A stretch of 64,000 bases of DNA from Octopus vulgaris (taxonomy: Eukaryota): the NCBI GenBank assembly GCA_951406725.2, contig OX597826.1:42594001-42658000 (forward strand), in the 5' to 3' direction. A program made the position numbers and the translations under genes. A model generated the notes under the pieces. That model was given only the letters and a program-made list of their open reading frames with translations. It did no database searches and was not told where the DNA came from. Numbering within the stretch: position 1 is the first letter of the stretch; the number at the start of each line of letters is the position of its first letter. This document shows positions 11,591 to 24,494 of this stretch, piece by piece.

Positions 11591-13078
11591 ACAATAAGTG
11601 TCTTACAGTTTTTAGTTACATTTGAGAATGTTTGTATATTACTGTATTTACTTGTGTAATTAATGAAGATCTTTAAACTTTAAGAGCACACAATATACAT
11701 AAGAACTAGTTCGATGCATCTTAGAATTTGTGATTTTGTGTGTATAGCACCTCATCATAACCATCTACGTGCTATTCCCGCCACCCTTATATAATGCAGG
11801 ATTGCCATGTGCAAGGCTGCTGAAGATGAAGGAGGCTGTGACAAAGGTCCTGGACACCACTTTAGAGGGCCTTCATGAAGTGACTGGAGCAATGCAAGAA
11901 GTGCATTGAAGTTAGATTATCCTACTTTGAAGGAAATTAGAGTTTTGTACTTCTTTGAAATAAATTGTCTCTCCTGTAAAAGTCTCAAAATTCTGGAATG
12001 CACCTTGTATTTGCATGATTCTGGATTCAATTATCATTTGTCAATGAAGACAAAATTTAGGAATTACATGAATTCACAAGTAGTCCTACAAATTATAATC
12101 AGCAAAAAAGTTCCAAGTTTTGATAAAGTTATGAATGAAAAGCAGGAACAAAGATGCTCTTTTTTTATGACCAAATGCTCTTCCTGTTGCCAAGGTAATA
12201 TTTTCCCCTGGTCTGGATATGATTTCAGAGAACATAAATAAACATAAGTTGTATGATAGTGGTGCATGATGTCTAGACAAGGTGATACATATATGTACAA
12301 CAGGCTTCTTTTTCAGTTTACAGGTACCAAATTCACTCAAGGCTTTGGTCAGCTTGAGGCTACAGAAGACACTTTCCAAAGATACCATGTAATGGGATTG
12401 GACTTAAAACAATATGGCTGCAAAATGAACAGAACCATAGACCCATGCCTACATATGTAAAACAAGCTTCTTTTTCAGTTTTTGTCAACCAAATTCACTT
12501 ACAAGGCTTTTGGTCAACTTAAGGCTACAGTAGAAGACACTTGCCAAAGGTGCCATGTACTGTGACTGAACTCAGAACTACATAGCTGCAAAATGAACTG
12601 ACCCACAAAAAACATTTTTTTTGCATTAAACTGAATCACTGAATGTGGTTCAATTAAAAAAAAACTATTTTCATCTTTAAATGTGATAATACTTTTGTAA
12701 ATGCAAAAACTAATCAAACATTTCCTAGAACAGGGTACAGAAAAGGCCAGGAATCACTACTCGGAATGGTTACTCAGCACTAATAGAAATAGTAACTGAT
12801 GTCTCTCAAATCATATCCTGCCATATAATCTAGATATACAATAGCTGAATAAAAGACAGATAGTCATGGCTGGAGCATCTAGATCTTAGGGAAGTTATAA
12901 GGATAAACAACAGCAGTTATTTTTACAATGATCCCTATGAATTGTACCAGTCTGTCAAAGATACATAGCTTGACTGTATTATTCTGTAATACCAATATTA
13001 CAGCAAAGTGGATCATACTATTGTAGTATATGAATGGCTAGACTGTACCACTGTAGTACCAATTTAAAGTAAGGTGTA

Positions 13079-13270
13079 AGGCAGTGAGCTGGTAGAAACA
13101 TTAGCACACTGAACGAAATGCTTAATGACATTTCATCTGTCTTCATGTTCTGAGTTCTAATTCCATCAAAGTTGACTTTGACTTTCGTCCTTTCGGGGTT
13201 GATAAAATAAGTACCAGTTGAGCACTGGAGTCAATGTAATTGACTAGCCTTGTGCCTATAGTAGAAAGAA
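13079..13270 (+). mobile_element. SINE family B, diverged
   Basis: Similar to 37364..37596; flanked by ATTTA(A/C)AGTAAGGTG direct repeats. Confidence 0.75.
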
Positions 13271-13678
13271 TTTACAGTAAGGTGAATCATATCATTCTGT
13301 GGTAGATACTGCAAGGTAAGCCATACATACATGGGTGGAGGGGACCCTGGACCATTTTGTGATATCCACTGCAATAGCAAAATCAGTAGAGTGATAGATT
13401 AAATGCCTTGTGATATTTATTTATTGATTCTTATTTGATATTTATTTATTGATAAACTCAAATCCTACAGGGATTGATTTGCTCTTCATTCTCCCTGGGG
13501 TCGAAAAAAATAATATACCAGTGACGTACTGCAGGTAATCTAATTGTAGCCTTTCCCATGTGGCTTTATGCCAATATTAGAAATTATTAAATGAAATGAG
13601 ACAAAATAAGTAAGAATAAAAGAAAAAAAACTGCATGATAGCTAGATGATGAAATCTAATAAAAGTTCTTGGGAATTC

Positions 13679-13684
13679 TTTATT
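13679..13684 (-). terminator. Candidate polyadenylation signal for Tim8
   Basis: AATAAA on the minus strand about 155 nt after the stop. Confidence 0.5.
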
Positions 13685-13837
13685 TTTGGAATGGTAAAAA
13701 AAAGACTACCAAAAATAAAATTTAAAAACACTTCAACTTTTTTTTTAACTTCTAGAAAAAAAACAACAAAAACACACACACAAAGAGTTTTGTATTACAT
13801 CATTTGTGTATGAATATCTAAGACATTATATAAAGCA

Positions 13838-14104
13838 TTACTGTGATGCAGCTCTTTGTAGAATTTGTTGAAAGCGACTGGCCACTAGCAAAGAAGTGTC
13901 TATGAATCGATCGACGCAGTTTGAGATGCAAGTCTCTGTACGACTATCCATCTTATCACGTGGTTTATCTAAGCAAGTGTCCCAACAGATATCAGTCAGT
14001 TTGTGAATCTGGCTCTGGAATTGTGCCTTTGCCTGCTCCTGTTGCAATGCTGCTTGCAGTTCTTTGTCACCGTCAAGTTTTTTGCTATCAAAGTCAAAAG
14101 ACAT
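13838..14104 (-). CDS. TIMM8: Mitochondrial import inner membrane translocase subunit Tim8
   Basis: 88 aa; twin CX3C motif (CWDTC...CISNC); EQAKAQFQSQIHKLTD and VDRFIDTS are typical of Tim8; splice acceptor TTCCAG with exon start at 14220. Confidence 0.96.
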   Translation of the reverse strand: MSFDFDSKKLDGDKELQAALQQEQAKAQFQSQIHKLTDICWDTCLDKPRDKMDSRTETCISNCVDRFIDTSLLVASRFQQILQRAASQ

Positions 14105-15832
14105 CTTGTTCCTTGGTCAGAATCAGACGTCAATAAAATGAGAGAAAGATGGAAAAATTTGACAATGTTCTTTCGATGTAGCCTTCTCAGCAAGCAACCT
14201 TTCCACAACAAAAAGTAAATCTGGAAATAAAGAATTAAATTTTTTTCTCATTTTGTTTTAATAGAACAATAAAGATAAAACAATAATACATAGTGTAAAC
14301 AGTGTTTGAGTCAATGGGGGCCTCTACATGGTCAACTGACCTGCTAGAAATGAAATAACAACCAAATCTTCCTTAAATCCTACTGTCATGTTTTTAAAAA
14401 AAGAGAAGGGCACACTGGATGATGTAGTCCTTGATACAAAATTCAGAAGGGAAAAGAAGAAAGAGTGGTCATGTCCAGAACTCCTTGAAAAGATCCTAAG
14501 AGGAATGAGTGGGGTGAGGGTGGGGGTAGTCAGCAAGGTGTAAGTTTGTAAGAAATTTAGCATGTAGATAAGAGTTTCTCAAGGCTCAGATCTCTCTCTT
14601 CCCACTCCTATTACAGTTCTCTAGGCCATGACAAAAGGGCCAAAAACATGCAGCCTATGAAACTCATGTGTAATGACAATCTAATTTTCATGACTGAATC
14701 AGTTGAAGAATAAGATGAAAAGTTTCTTATGTAGAAATAAAGTCAAAGGATTAATAGGCCAAAAGGTCAATTTAGCAAATATGAAACTATTAGTTTGTAG
14801 AAAAAAAACCCAGGAAACTACTACAAACTGGGAAGTAGCCATGTTCAATAAGAAAGGGAATAAGTAGGAATTCTATAGTGTGTTCATTCATTTTTTACAT
14901 CTATTTTTCTTTGCTAGCAAGGGTTAGACAAATATATTATTAAGATATTATTTAACAGCTGGATATCTTTCCTACTGCTAACCCTTACCTTTTTTTTAAG
15001 TGAGAGATTGATTATTCTACATGTCTTTGAAAGCTAGTGGATGATATTTGTTAACAAGAAAATGACATGTCACTGCTTGTAGCTCAGAAATTTACAAAAG
15101 AGAGGAAATATAAATAATCATACACACACACACGCATGTACATGCATATCTATCTATTTATCAGTCAATCAATAATTCAATATATCTATCATCATTTTGC
15201 TGTCCACTTTTCCATATTCACATAGGTCAAACAGAATTTGAAGTGGATTTTCTATAACCAGATTCCCTTCCCGTCAACAACCCTCATCTGTTTCCAAGCA
15301 AAGTAATATTTCCCTTAGGTCAGACATGTTTTCTGGGAAGATTGGAAACAAAGCACACAACTTGTATAATAGTAACACTTGCTCACAACTATCAAGTGAT
15401 GTCAAAGCAAAGAGACAGTAATACATACACACGCATGCACACAACAGGCTTCTTTCAGTTTCTCTAGCAACTCCACTCACAAGACCTGTTTGGTTCAGGG
15501 CAATGATAGAAGACACTTGTCCAATGTGCCACTGAACCCAAACAAAATTATGTGGTTAGGAAGCAACTTTTTATCACACATGCACACTACCAACCCTGGT
15601 GTCATGAGCTAGGATTGAACCTGAAGCCAAATGGTTGGGAAGCAAACTTTTTACCACTGAGCCAAGCCTGTACCTTTATATAAACATCACTGGATATTAG
15701 ATTTTAAAATGTGGACCAGTGAACCAATCAATGTTTCACTGCATTTTTAGAGAGCATGATGCTGGAGTTGTTTGTGCACCAGATTCCTGAATGTTTTGTA
15801 TTCTTTCAGCTGAAATGCTTCCAACAGTAATA

Positions 15833-16224
15833 TACTCTTTTACTTGTTTCAGTCATTTGACTGCGGCCATGCTGGAGCACCGCCTTTAGTCGAGCAAATC
15901 AACCCCGGGACTTATTCTTTGGAAGCCCAGTACTTATTCTATCGGTCTCTTTTGCCGAACCGCTAAGTGACGGGGACGTAAACACACCAGCATCGGTTGT
16001 CAAGCAATGCTAGGGGGACAAACACACACACGCATACATATATATATATACATATATATACGACAAGGCTTCTTTCAGTTTCTGTCTACCAAATCCACTC
16101 ACAAGGCATTGGTCGGCCCGGGGCTATAGCAGATGACACTTGCCCAAGATGCCACGCAGTGGGACTGAACCCGGAACAATGTGGTTGGTTAGCAAGCTAC
16201 TTACCACACAGCCACTCCTGCACC
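15833..16224 (-). mobile_element. Full-length SINE family A in the Tim8 intron
   Basis: Reverse complement is near-identical to 6322..6716. Confidence 0.9.
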
Positions 16225-16839
16225 TGTATCTGGAAATTTGTTTCAGATACTGATAAACCGCTGAATTGTGCAGGTAGAAATACCTATGCCATTGATGTGG
16301 ATCATGGTTTCAGGTATGTGAAGTGTTTATGTTAACATAAAGGGGCTAATTCTTGAACAGCAATATCTTTCATACCATGATGACTGACAGTCAGCATAAT
16401 TTTTCAGTTCTGAAAACCCAGAGCTAGTGTGGCATTTTATAGAATAGCAATGTTGTAGTAACCTGTGTTCAGTGAGGTATAAGTGACAGAGAGTTCACTG
16501 ACATCAAGCCCACTACATTCACAACAGTGGGAGAGCATCCAAACAATCTGAATTATACAGTATAACAGTAAACCACCGAGCCCAAGGTGCCGTAGAGTAG
16601 AATGGAAAGAGACAGATCGTTGTCAGGGGAGATGAGGTTTGACAGCTCTATTGTCATTCCTATTTTCATGAGGAGCATAGTACAACAAGCAGAAAGAAAT
16701 GGGAGTAGAGAAAGGGTCATAGAGAGATGAATGGGAGTCAAAGAATTGGGGGAATGATACAGATGTACACCTGATGGGGACATACTGGGCAAGAGACCTA
16801 AGAGGAGATGTGTTACTCAGTTTAACACTTGTTTCCCCA

Positions 16840-17050
16840 TGCATGCTCTGGTGAATGGTTCTTCTCCAGAATTGCATGTTGCCTATCAGCTCAGTCGTTT
16901 GTCATCTCCTCTGTGAGGACCTGCATCCAGAGATCAGTCTTCTTCACTTCATCCTCTGTCTTATGACAACCTCTTCCACAGGTTGTGTCCACTTTCACTA
17001 TTCTGTACGTTTTTTTTTTTAACATGTCATTTTCCATACACACTACACAA
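16840..17050 (-). mobile_element. RTE LINE 3' fragment
   Basis: VKVDTTCGRGCHKTEDEVKKTDL..LTEEMTND resembles the fragment at 11.3 kb. Confidence 0.6.
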
Positions 17051-17328
17051 CTTTCTTGGCTCGTTTGTATTCTGACATTCATGCAAAGGCCAGATCACAA
17101 TGCCTTTCTTTCCCTACCCAACAGTACTCCCAATGGTTACATTCTTCAGCAAAACAGTCAATTGCTAGCAAGAAGAAAAAGAGCAATCATGTGCAACCCA
17201 GTCAGACAACGATAATGATACAGTGTGCGTCTCTGTGTGTAAACTCTGAATAAGAACTTACTTGGACAGTAACATGTGCAACTGATGCTAGCATAAAAGA
17301 ACATAAAATGATATTTATCTGTCTAAAC

Positions 17329-17529
17329 CAGTGCTTTTCAAACTTTTTGCTGGAGCAGAACCCCAAGGAAACATTCCACTGGCTCGTGGAACCCCTGTGC
17401 AATAATTTAATAGTCTTATGCACACATATCTGCACAGGAGAATTAAAAATTACTGCCGATTTTAGCAGTTTTGTAACTTCTTGCGGAACCCCTGGACTGT
17501 ACTGGCGGAACCCTGGTTGAAAACCACTA
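17329..17529 (+). mobile_element. hAT (Charlie-like) MITE, 201 bp
   Basis: TIRs CAGTGCTTTTCAA / TTGAAAACCACTA with a perfect 8-bp TSD GTCTAAAC (17321..17328 and 17530..17537). Confidence 0.9.
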
Positions 17530-17932
17530 GTCTAAACACACACACAGTGTGTGTGTGTGATGGATTCTCTTGTAGTGAACAAATGAGAGTTCGGTAAAAT
17601 AATGCGTTAACATAAAGAGCGACGGGCCACGAACGTGACTGTCAGGTACAGGTCGACAGGCCAGGATCGTGCCCAGATAGACGCATTTAATTTATGGGCG
17701 TTTGTTGGGGGTCTAATGTCACTCAAACGCTCTGATACCCCACAGAATGCGAGAGGATTATTAGTAAAACAAATGACTTTTCAGATGATGTAAAACTTGT
17801 CACCATTATATTTATACTAAGAAGATATTTTAACTATTTTTTTTTTTTTTATGTGTATGTAGTCTCATTTTCATAAAATGTGCTCAACAGTCCATGCTAT
17901 GTAAATGCAAATCCCAGTGCTTTATGGGTTAA

Positions 17933-18125
17933 TCATGTTTCATTTACACGAATGTGTCTCTTGAGGCCTGCTGGTGCCTTGCAAACCTTTTGACAAATGG
18001 AACAAGTTGAGAACTCGGTTTGCTTGAGTGCTTGGGGATCATTTACTGTGTGGTTTCGTGAAAGGACGGTAAGACCTGCCTCGCTTCGTCCCACAAAACC
18101 ACAATGACAGGTAAGGTTTCCATTT
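17933..18125 (-). mobile_element. Remnant with two degenerate C2H2 fingers, probably a LINE ORF C-terminus
   Basis: Translates to CHCGFVGRSEAGLTVLSRNH...CSICQKVCKAPAGLKRHIRVNET*; no start codon and Zn ligands are partly lost. Confidence 0.6.
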
Positions 18126-18347
18126 AGAAGAGCAGCGTTTTACCAGTATACAGGCATTGAATATATGTATTTATGTATGTATAGATGGATAAACGCATAT
18201 ACAGCACTTCCAGTGAATATTTCCCACAGAAGTTAAGATAGAGGTCATATAAAAATATTCTTCAAAATATGCTTGTATGAAAATATTGTATAGTGTAAAG
18301 ATAATGGCGAAATAAGATCGGGAGATAAATATTTCGTCGCTTCTTAC

Positions 18348-18490
18348 CTGTAAATATATTTGAAAGGAAAATAACAAACGCCGGCTTTCTATGTCGACAA
18401 AGTCGCTGCGAGTTTAGTTCGAATCTTGCCGGAGGTTTGAGCTAAAAGCACATGCCTACACATTGACAACGGAAGTATAAACAAGTTATC
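18348..18490 (-). promoter_or_regulatory. Probable promoter and non-coding first exon of Tim8
   Basis: Strong donor CAG|GTAAGA (GT at 18347-18346), local CpG enrichment, and an ETS-like CGGAAGT near 18470. Confidence 0.6.
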
Positions 18491-18679
18491 TCCCATAGAT
18501 TCCCATTCAAACTTGCCGTTCGCTGACACTGACGCTAATTATTATCTTAGCTAGGTCCTTGGTTGAAATTGATTTATGAATAAAACCCATTCCAACAATG
18601 ACCATCTCGTCGTTTTTCTTACACTCTCACCTCGGACTATCCAATGTGTCGATTTGCTCTTTTTTTTTTTATGCAGTAA

Positions 18680-19008
18680 AATATACAAAGTAAGAAAACA
18701 GCACAGCTCCCATGACTTCAGGAAACATTTTTTCACGCTGAGAGTTGCTGAAGCATGGAACAAACTGCCGGCATCAGTTATTAGTTGTCGGAGCACTGCA
18801 TCCTTCAAAACTTCCATGCTTCCTGAGATTCGCCAACACTACACCTGATTTCCTCCCCTCCATACACACACAAGCATGTATCTGACTCATACATTGTTCG
18901 CTTTCCAGACATTTCTACATTACTGCATGTACTTTATATGCACTTTCTGACAAGTTGTGGTGCACCTGAGCACTGTATACAATAATTTCATTATTATTAT
19001 TATTATTA
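18680..19008 (+). mobile_element. 5'-truncated CR1/L2-group LINE 3' end
   Basis: FRKHFFTLRVAEAWNKLPASVI..SFK is the CR1-type ORF2 C-terminus; followed by a 3' UTR and (ATT)n tail. Confidence 0.85.
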
Positions 19009-21606
19009 TATACTTTTGAAAGAGATTTTACTGCTATTTCTAGGAAACCGCGCGACCATGTTTAGGTTTTCTTATTTCAGACATGCGAGTCACATATAAC
19101 ATGGCTTATCGTCAGGTGAGCTGTACAACATCAAACTGATTTTTCGTTAGGTGTGCCATTCAGAAAGGCCCATGAGCCACGAGTTACTGATGACTGCCTA
19201 ATTGACTAGTGAAAATTTGTATTGTTTCTTCCCCCGAGGTTGTCTCTGATACCGCAGATTTACGGTTGAAGTGGTGCCCATTATAACATTCGTTTAGACA
19301 TATTTACATCAAGGACTACACTATACAGAATGTCGTTCATTTATTAAGACAGAAGGATATTTGGCTGTTGTTTCTAATGTGATGGGTGAACACGTAAAGG
19401 CTCGCTCACTGATTTGAGCGAAGTTTTCTGTTACAATTTTGTTCACGATTAAGATATTTTATAGAAATACTAAATCAGCCCCAGTAACTGATCTCAATAC
19501 TTTATTTCCTTGATTCTGAGAGGATGAAAGATAAAATTTAACCTTGGTGGGATTTGAACTCAGATGATCATGATATCAAATGCCTTCTTAAAGCCTATAA
19601 GAACATATAATTCTTTTTAGTGCTGATAATACTTCTCACAGGAGGTTCAGAGTTGAAGATTTGCTTGTTATTGCTTCTATTTTTTTTATAGAATCTTGCT
19701 TGGCTGATATTTTCTGCCTGAGGTTTCAGTTTATTCATGATGACTGAGCATTACAGCTTACAATCAAACATTATCACATATTCACACAGTGCCAAGTGGT
19801 CTTCACTAAAAGCATCCTAAGGTAGGATGATGGTGTAGGCTAGGCAATAAATTTAGTCTATGACATAAGAATAGGAATGAGACCTCTGATTAGCTTCCAC
19901 AAAGATTCTGATAACCAAATTTTATTTACAAAGCAATGACAGAAGACACTTGTATTTCTATTTTCTGGAGTAGAGATCGGATGCTTGTGATAACTGGGTG
20001 GATTTTTAGCTGTCTAAGATCACAGAGGTATTTTTGAAACCTTGAACTGACAGTTAAACCATGGGTCAGTTAAATAACAATTATACATCAGAATACAAAT
20101 CCATAGTATCTAATGCACAACTCACACATCTAAAATATAAGTAAATCATGTAGCTCCCCTACAGCAAGAAACTTGGTCTGCTCCAGACCTTTTCTCTTAT
20201 ACTTTACTCCTTATTCTTCTGGCAAAAAGTTTTCCGTTCCCCACTTGGGGTTTGTATTCTCAGTAGCTGCATAGTGACTTTACTAGTGCAGGTGGCATGA
20301 AAAAAGCACCCAATATACACTGTAAAGTGGTTGGCATTAGGAACAGCAGCATCCACTGGGCACTAGAGCACAAAACAATCCTTGGGCCTGTCAGATTCTG
20401 ACAAACGATCAACCCAAGCTAGCATGGAGCATAGATGATAGTTGATGAGCATCATCATTTAGCATCTGCTTTCCATGCTAGCCTGGGTTAGATGGTTTGA
20501 CTGGAACTGATAGCTGGAGAGCTGCACCAAGTTCTGGTCTGATTTGACATGGTTTCTATCACGGGATGCCCTTCCTAATGCCAACCATTCCAAGAGTGTA
20601 ATAGGTGCTTTTTATGTGCCACCAACACAGGTGTCAGTTACATGACACCAGCATTGGCCACAACTACAATTTCACTCGGCTTGACGAGTCTTCAAGGACA
20701 GCATATTGCCAAAGGTTTCACTCAATTCTCATTGCCTCCATGAGTCCCAATGATGGAAAATAGGTAGAAATATAACAACTCAGGTTCTGGACAACAGCTT
20801 CAGATGCTATAAACTTCTGGAATGTGAAGGTATCCATTATTAAGAAGCAAAAACCACCATAGAAGAAAAGACAAGAATTAGATGAGGAAAAACATATTTA
20901 GTATCTCTAAGCAGTAAGGTTATGTGAACCAATGTTTCCGACTCCCAAGATATAGATGCAAACACAAATCAAATAGTCTAAAAGGCGAGTCACAGTTTGA
21001 AAACGCTTATGGAATAAGCAACAAAATTTATACCAGCAATGAGACTCTCCATTGAACATTTATTTTGTTATACACCATTGTTTACTCATCCAGGTGCTTT
21101 ATATACATTCATATGTTTGCTTGATATTGCAATTATTCCATCCACAAATTCATTGCTTACCTTACACATAACTGCACTGACCTTCTATTCATGATACATA
21201 GAACTTGTGTGCATGCATGCATACATATATATATATATATACATACATGTGCAAAATTCACATTTGGAAATCACATGCCAATCATATAAGCCATGTAAAG
21301 TAGTCTCTCTTGTTAATGAATATAGACCTTGGCCAGGTTACCTACATTATATCTTAGTAATTTGATTTCAACCATGTGACTGGGCTTGACCAATAAGAAC
21401 TGACCGCACTAATGACCAACATGGTTTGGTTTCATCAGTAACTGTTGGTATTTACTTCTATTTCTGGGGTATATCTGTCATACAAATATTTTGTATGTAT
21501 GTAAAACTCAGTGTAATGTACAAGTGAATCACCATATCTATGTATTTATTCTTTTATATGTTCTGCCCAGAGGCAGTGACCAAGCTGGAGCATTGCCATT
21601 ATGGTA

Positions 21607-21805
21607 CTGTATTTTCCAGCATACAAATAGACTCATTTATAGTATAAACATGTAGTGCAAACATTCTCATTATTTTTCCAAATTCTGCTGCATTTCACAT
21701 GAAATTTTTAGTCCTCCAAAATCATCTTGTTGTATAAGATGACTAATCTTTTTTGACTGTAAATTTTGGTTTGGAAAAATTTGACTTATATGCCAGAAAA
21801 TACAG
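21607..21805. mobile_element. Tc2/pogo-like MITE
   Basis: TA|CTGTATTTTCCAGCATA ... TATGCCAGAAAATACAG|TA. Confidence 0.7.
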
Positions 21806-22160
21806 TATGTATACATACATACCTTTGGTGATTAATACACACGCATGCACTCACACACACATGCATGCTCTCACACACAGACATGCACACTCTCACACAT
21901 GCACATTCCCATACACACACATGCACACTCACACACAAAGATAGGGAAAAGAACACACACACACACAAATTTGGTGACTGGATGGTCATGTCTGAAATGC
22001 CTTTGATCAGAATCCCTTCAATCAGTGGTGACACGAAGCTAAGACAACGAAAACAACAGGGACAACAACATAGAGCACGCTAACAATGGTTTTCAGAGAA
22101 CATGGAATTATACATAAACATTTGGTATTCATTTGAAAAGAAAATCTTCAACTTTGTAGA

Positions 22161-22170
22161 TTTATTTATT
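22161..22170 (-). terminator. Candidate polyadenylation signal for SPATA5
   Basis: Overlapping AATAAA motifs about 85 nt after the stop. Confidence 0.55.
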
Positions 22171-22254
22171 TTTGTAGAATAACAAAACATATCAATTGTT
22201 CAATAAGTATATATGTTTGCATGTGTGAGTGTATGTGTGTGTATATATGTGATG

Positions 22255-22431
22255 CTATACAGAATGTAAAGAGCTTCTTTGTTCATAGTCTTTATAAAAT
22301 TGTAATAAAGAATCTGTGATGCGAGGTTTTACAATGTCTAAAGACTGCTCGAAATGCTTCAATTCTACAATCTCCACATCGATATTCTCTTCTAGTGCAA
22401 TGAGTGCAGCTTCCTGGCACACAGCGCAAAT
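22255..22431 (-). CDS. SPATA5: AFG2A/SPATA5 coding exon 15 (last)
   Basis: TTTGCAG|ICAVCQEAALIALEE..HFEQSLDIVKPRI..TAG. Confidence 0.93.
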   Translation of the reverse strand: MCAVCQEAALIALEENIDVEIVELKHFEQSLDIVKPRITDSLLQFYKDYEQRSSLHSV

Positions 22432-22751
22432 CTGCAAATGTGAAGAGTGGGTTGATTATAAAAAAAGCAAACAAAAAACATTTTAAAAAAAAGTATTAGT
22501 GGAAAGAAGAAAACAATGAAGACAGTAGAAGATAACAAAAGTTGTAACACGAAGAAGAAAAGTGTCAGATGGAGGCAAGAGTTGATGACGTCGAAGAAAA
22601 TAAAGACAGAAGATGAAGATTATACTGAAGAAAATAATGCTAATAGGTGCAAGCCTAGCAGATGGTTCACAAGTTCACTTCACAATTAGGTGGTTCATGG
22701 TTTAATTTCACTGCACTACTCCTTAAGTAAATGACTTTTACCATAGTTTCA

Positions 22752-22986
22752 TATTTCTTTATTGCCCACAAGGGGCTAAACATAGAAGGGACAAACAAGG
22801 ACAGACAAAGGGATTAAGTCGATTACATCGACCCCAGTGCGTAACTGGTACTTATTTAATCGACCCTGAAAGGATGAAAGGCTAAGCCAAACTCAGCGGA
22901 ATTTGAACACAGAACGTAGCGTCAGACGAAATACAGCTAAGAATTTCGCCCGGCGTGCTAACGTTTCTGCCAGCTCGCCGCCTTAA
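22752..22986 (-). mobile_element. SINE family B nested in an older family A copy
   Basis: 18-bp TSD ACTTTTACCATAGTTTCA at 22734..22751 and 22987..23004. Confidence 0.9.
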
Positions 22987-23754
22987 ACTTTTACCATAGT
23001 TTCAGACCAATCCATACCTTTCCAGTGAGTGGAAATTACTAGGTAGAAATTATACAGAAACCCATCAAGTATATCATCATCATTCGACATATTTTTTCCA
23101 TGCTGGCATGAGTTAGACAGTTTAACAGGAGCTGGTAAACAAGAGGTCTGCACCAAGCTCCACTAACTGCTTTGACATGTTTTTTTTTTTTGATTTTTTT
23201 TTTTACAACTGGATGCCCTGACAATTTGATAAATACAGGCACAGATATAGCAGTGTGGTTGAGATGCTCGTTTTGCATCCATCTCATTTGAGGTTCAGTC
23301 CCACAGCACAGCACCTTGAGCAAGTACTTTCTACTATTACCCTAGGCCAACTAATGCTTTATAGGCGAATTTGTAGACAGAAACTGTGTGGATGCATGCA
23401 TGTGTCTGTATTTGTCACCCCCCGGCTACTGCTGTACAATTGACATTGGTTTGCTTATGTACTCATAACTAAGTAGTTCAGCAAAAGAGACCTACAGAGT
23501 AAGTGCCAAACTTAAAAATTACTACTGAGATCGATTTGTTCTACTAAAACTTTTCAAGGTGGTGTCCCAGCAGGGTTGCAATCCAATGACTAAAACAACT
23601 GAAAGATACAATCAATGAATGAGAGAGAGAGAGAGAGTGTGTGTGTGTCTTCTATTATTGTACACTGACAAAGACAAAAGACTGAGAAGAAGAAAGGAAG
23701 ATAGAACAGAAGACAAAAGAAGAGAGAAATAGAGTAGAAAAGGGGACAGAAAAC

Positions 23755-23940
23755 AAATCATCTCTGGCTAATCGTTGAGAGGACTTTGGTGTTGCCTTTG
23801 TTGGGGTTTGCGTTCTCTGAGTGTTATATACATGCAGAAACACTCATATGAGTGTTTCTGCATGTATATAACACTCAGAGAACGCAAACCCCAACAAAGG
23901 CAACACCAAAGTCCTCTCAACGATTAGCCAGAGATGATTT
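23755..23940. repeat. Perfect 186-bp spacer-less palindrome
   Basis: 93-bp arms are exact reverse complements around CAT|ATG at 23847/23848. Confidence 0.97.
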
Positions 23941-23982
23941 TTTTAAATGAGAATATCTGAAATAAATTCGACTGCTCTTACA

Positions 23983-24243
23983 AACAAGAATACTAAAATA
24001 CTAAAAATGAACCCGACCGCTCTCAAAAATTAAGTAAAAAAAACAGGAAAAATAATCCAGAACCCTTGTCCGGTACCGCATAAATCCTAAAATATAATCA
24101 GTATGTGCCAGGCACAAGGCCAAACATCCCTGAAAGTTCCATCCAAATCCATCCAGTGGTTCTTGAGATATCTTGTCCACGAACAGCAACCAAACAAACA
24201 AGACTGAAAACAATATCTCCGCCTTTGCTAAGGTGGAGGTAAT
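23983..24243 (+). mobile_element. Helentron-associated (HINE/DINE-like) non-autonomous element
   Basis: AAGTTCCATCCAAATCCATCCAGTGGTTCTTGAGAT block, (CAAA)n, then 3' stem-loop CTCCGCCT..AGGTGGAG and TAATAA. Confidence 0.55.
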
Positions 24244-24329
24244 AATGACAACTACAATATGATAGGAGAAGGAAGAATAGAAGAATGAATAGGTGTTGAC
24301 GACAAAGATATCATCAAAGAATTTCTCAC

Positions 24330-24494
24330 CTCAGCTCCTGAGTAACCTTCTGTACTTTTTGCCAGAGAATCAATGCATACATCAGAGGCAACGGGCATGT
24401 TATTTACTCTAATCCGAAAGATATCTTTACGGGTCAACAGGTCAGGCAATGGAATATACAGAATTCTGTCAATTCGACCGGGACGTAAAAGAGC
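24330..24494 (-). CDS. SPATA5: SPATA5 coding exon 14
   Basis: ALLRPGRIDRILYIPLPD..TEGYSGAE (D2 arginine fingers); AAG acceptor, GTGAGA donor. Confidence 0.93.

Noticed and set aside
12300-12600. Tandem duplicated segment of about 130 bp
   Set aside because: Two adjacent diverged fragments of SINE family A; ordinary repeat content.
13921-14218. Overlapping and antisense ORFs on Tim8
   Set aside because: Short shadow frames with non-ATG starts and no recognisable motifs.
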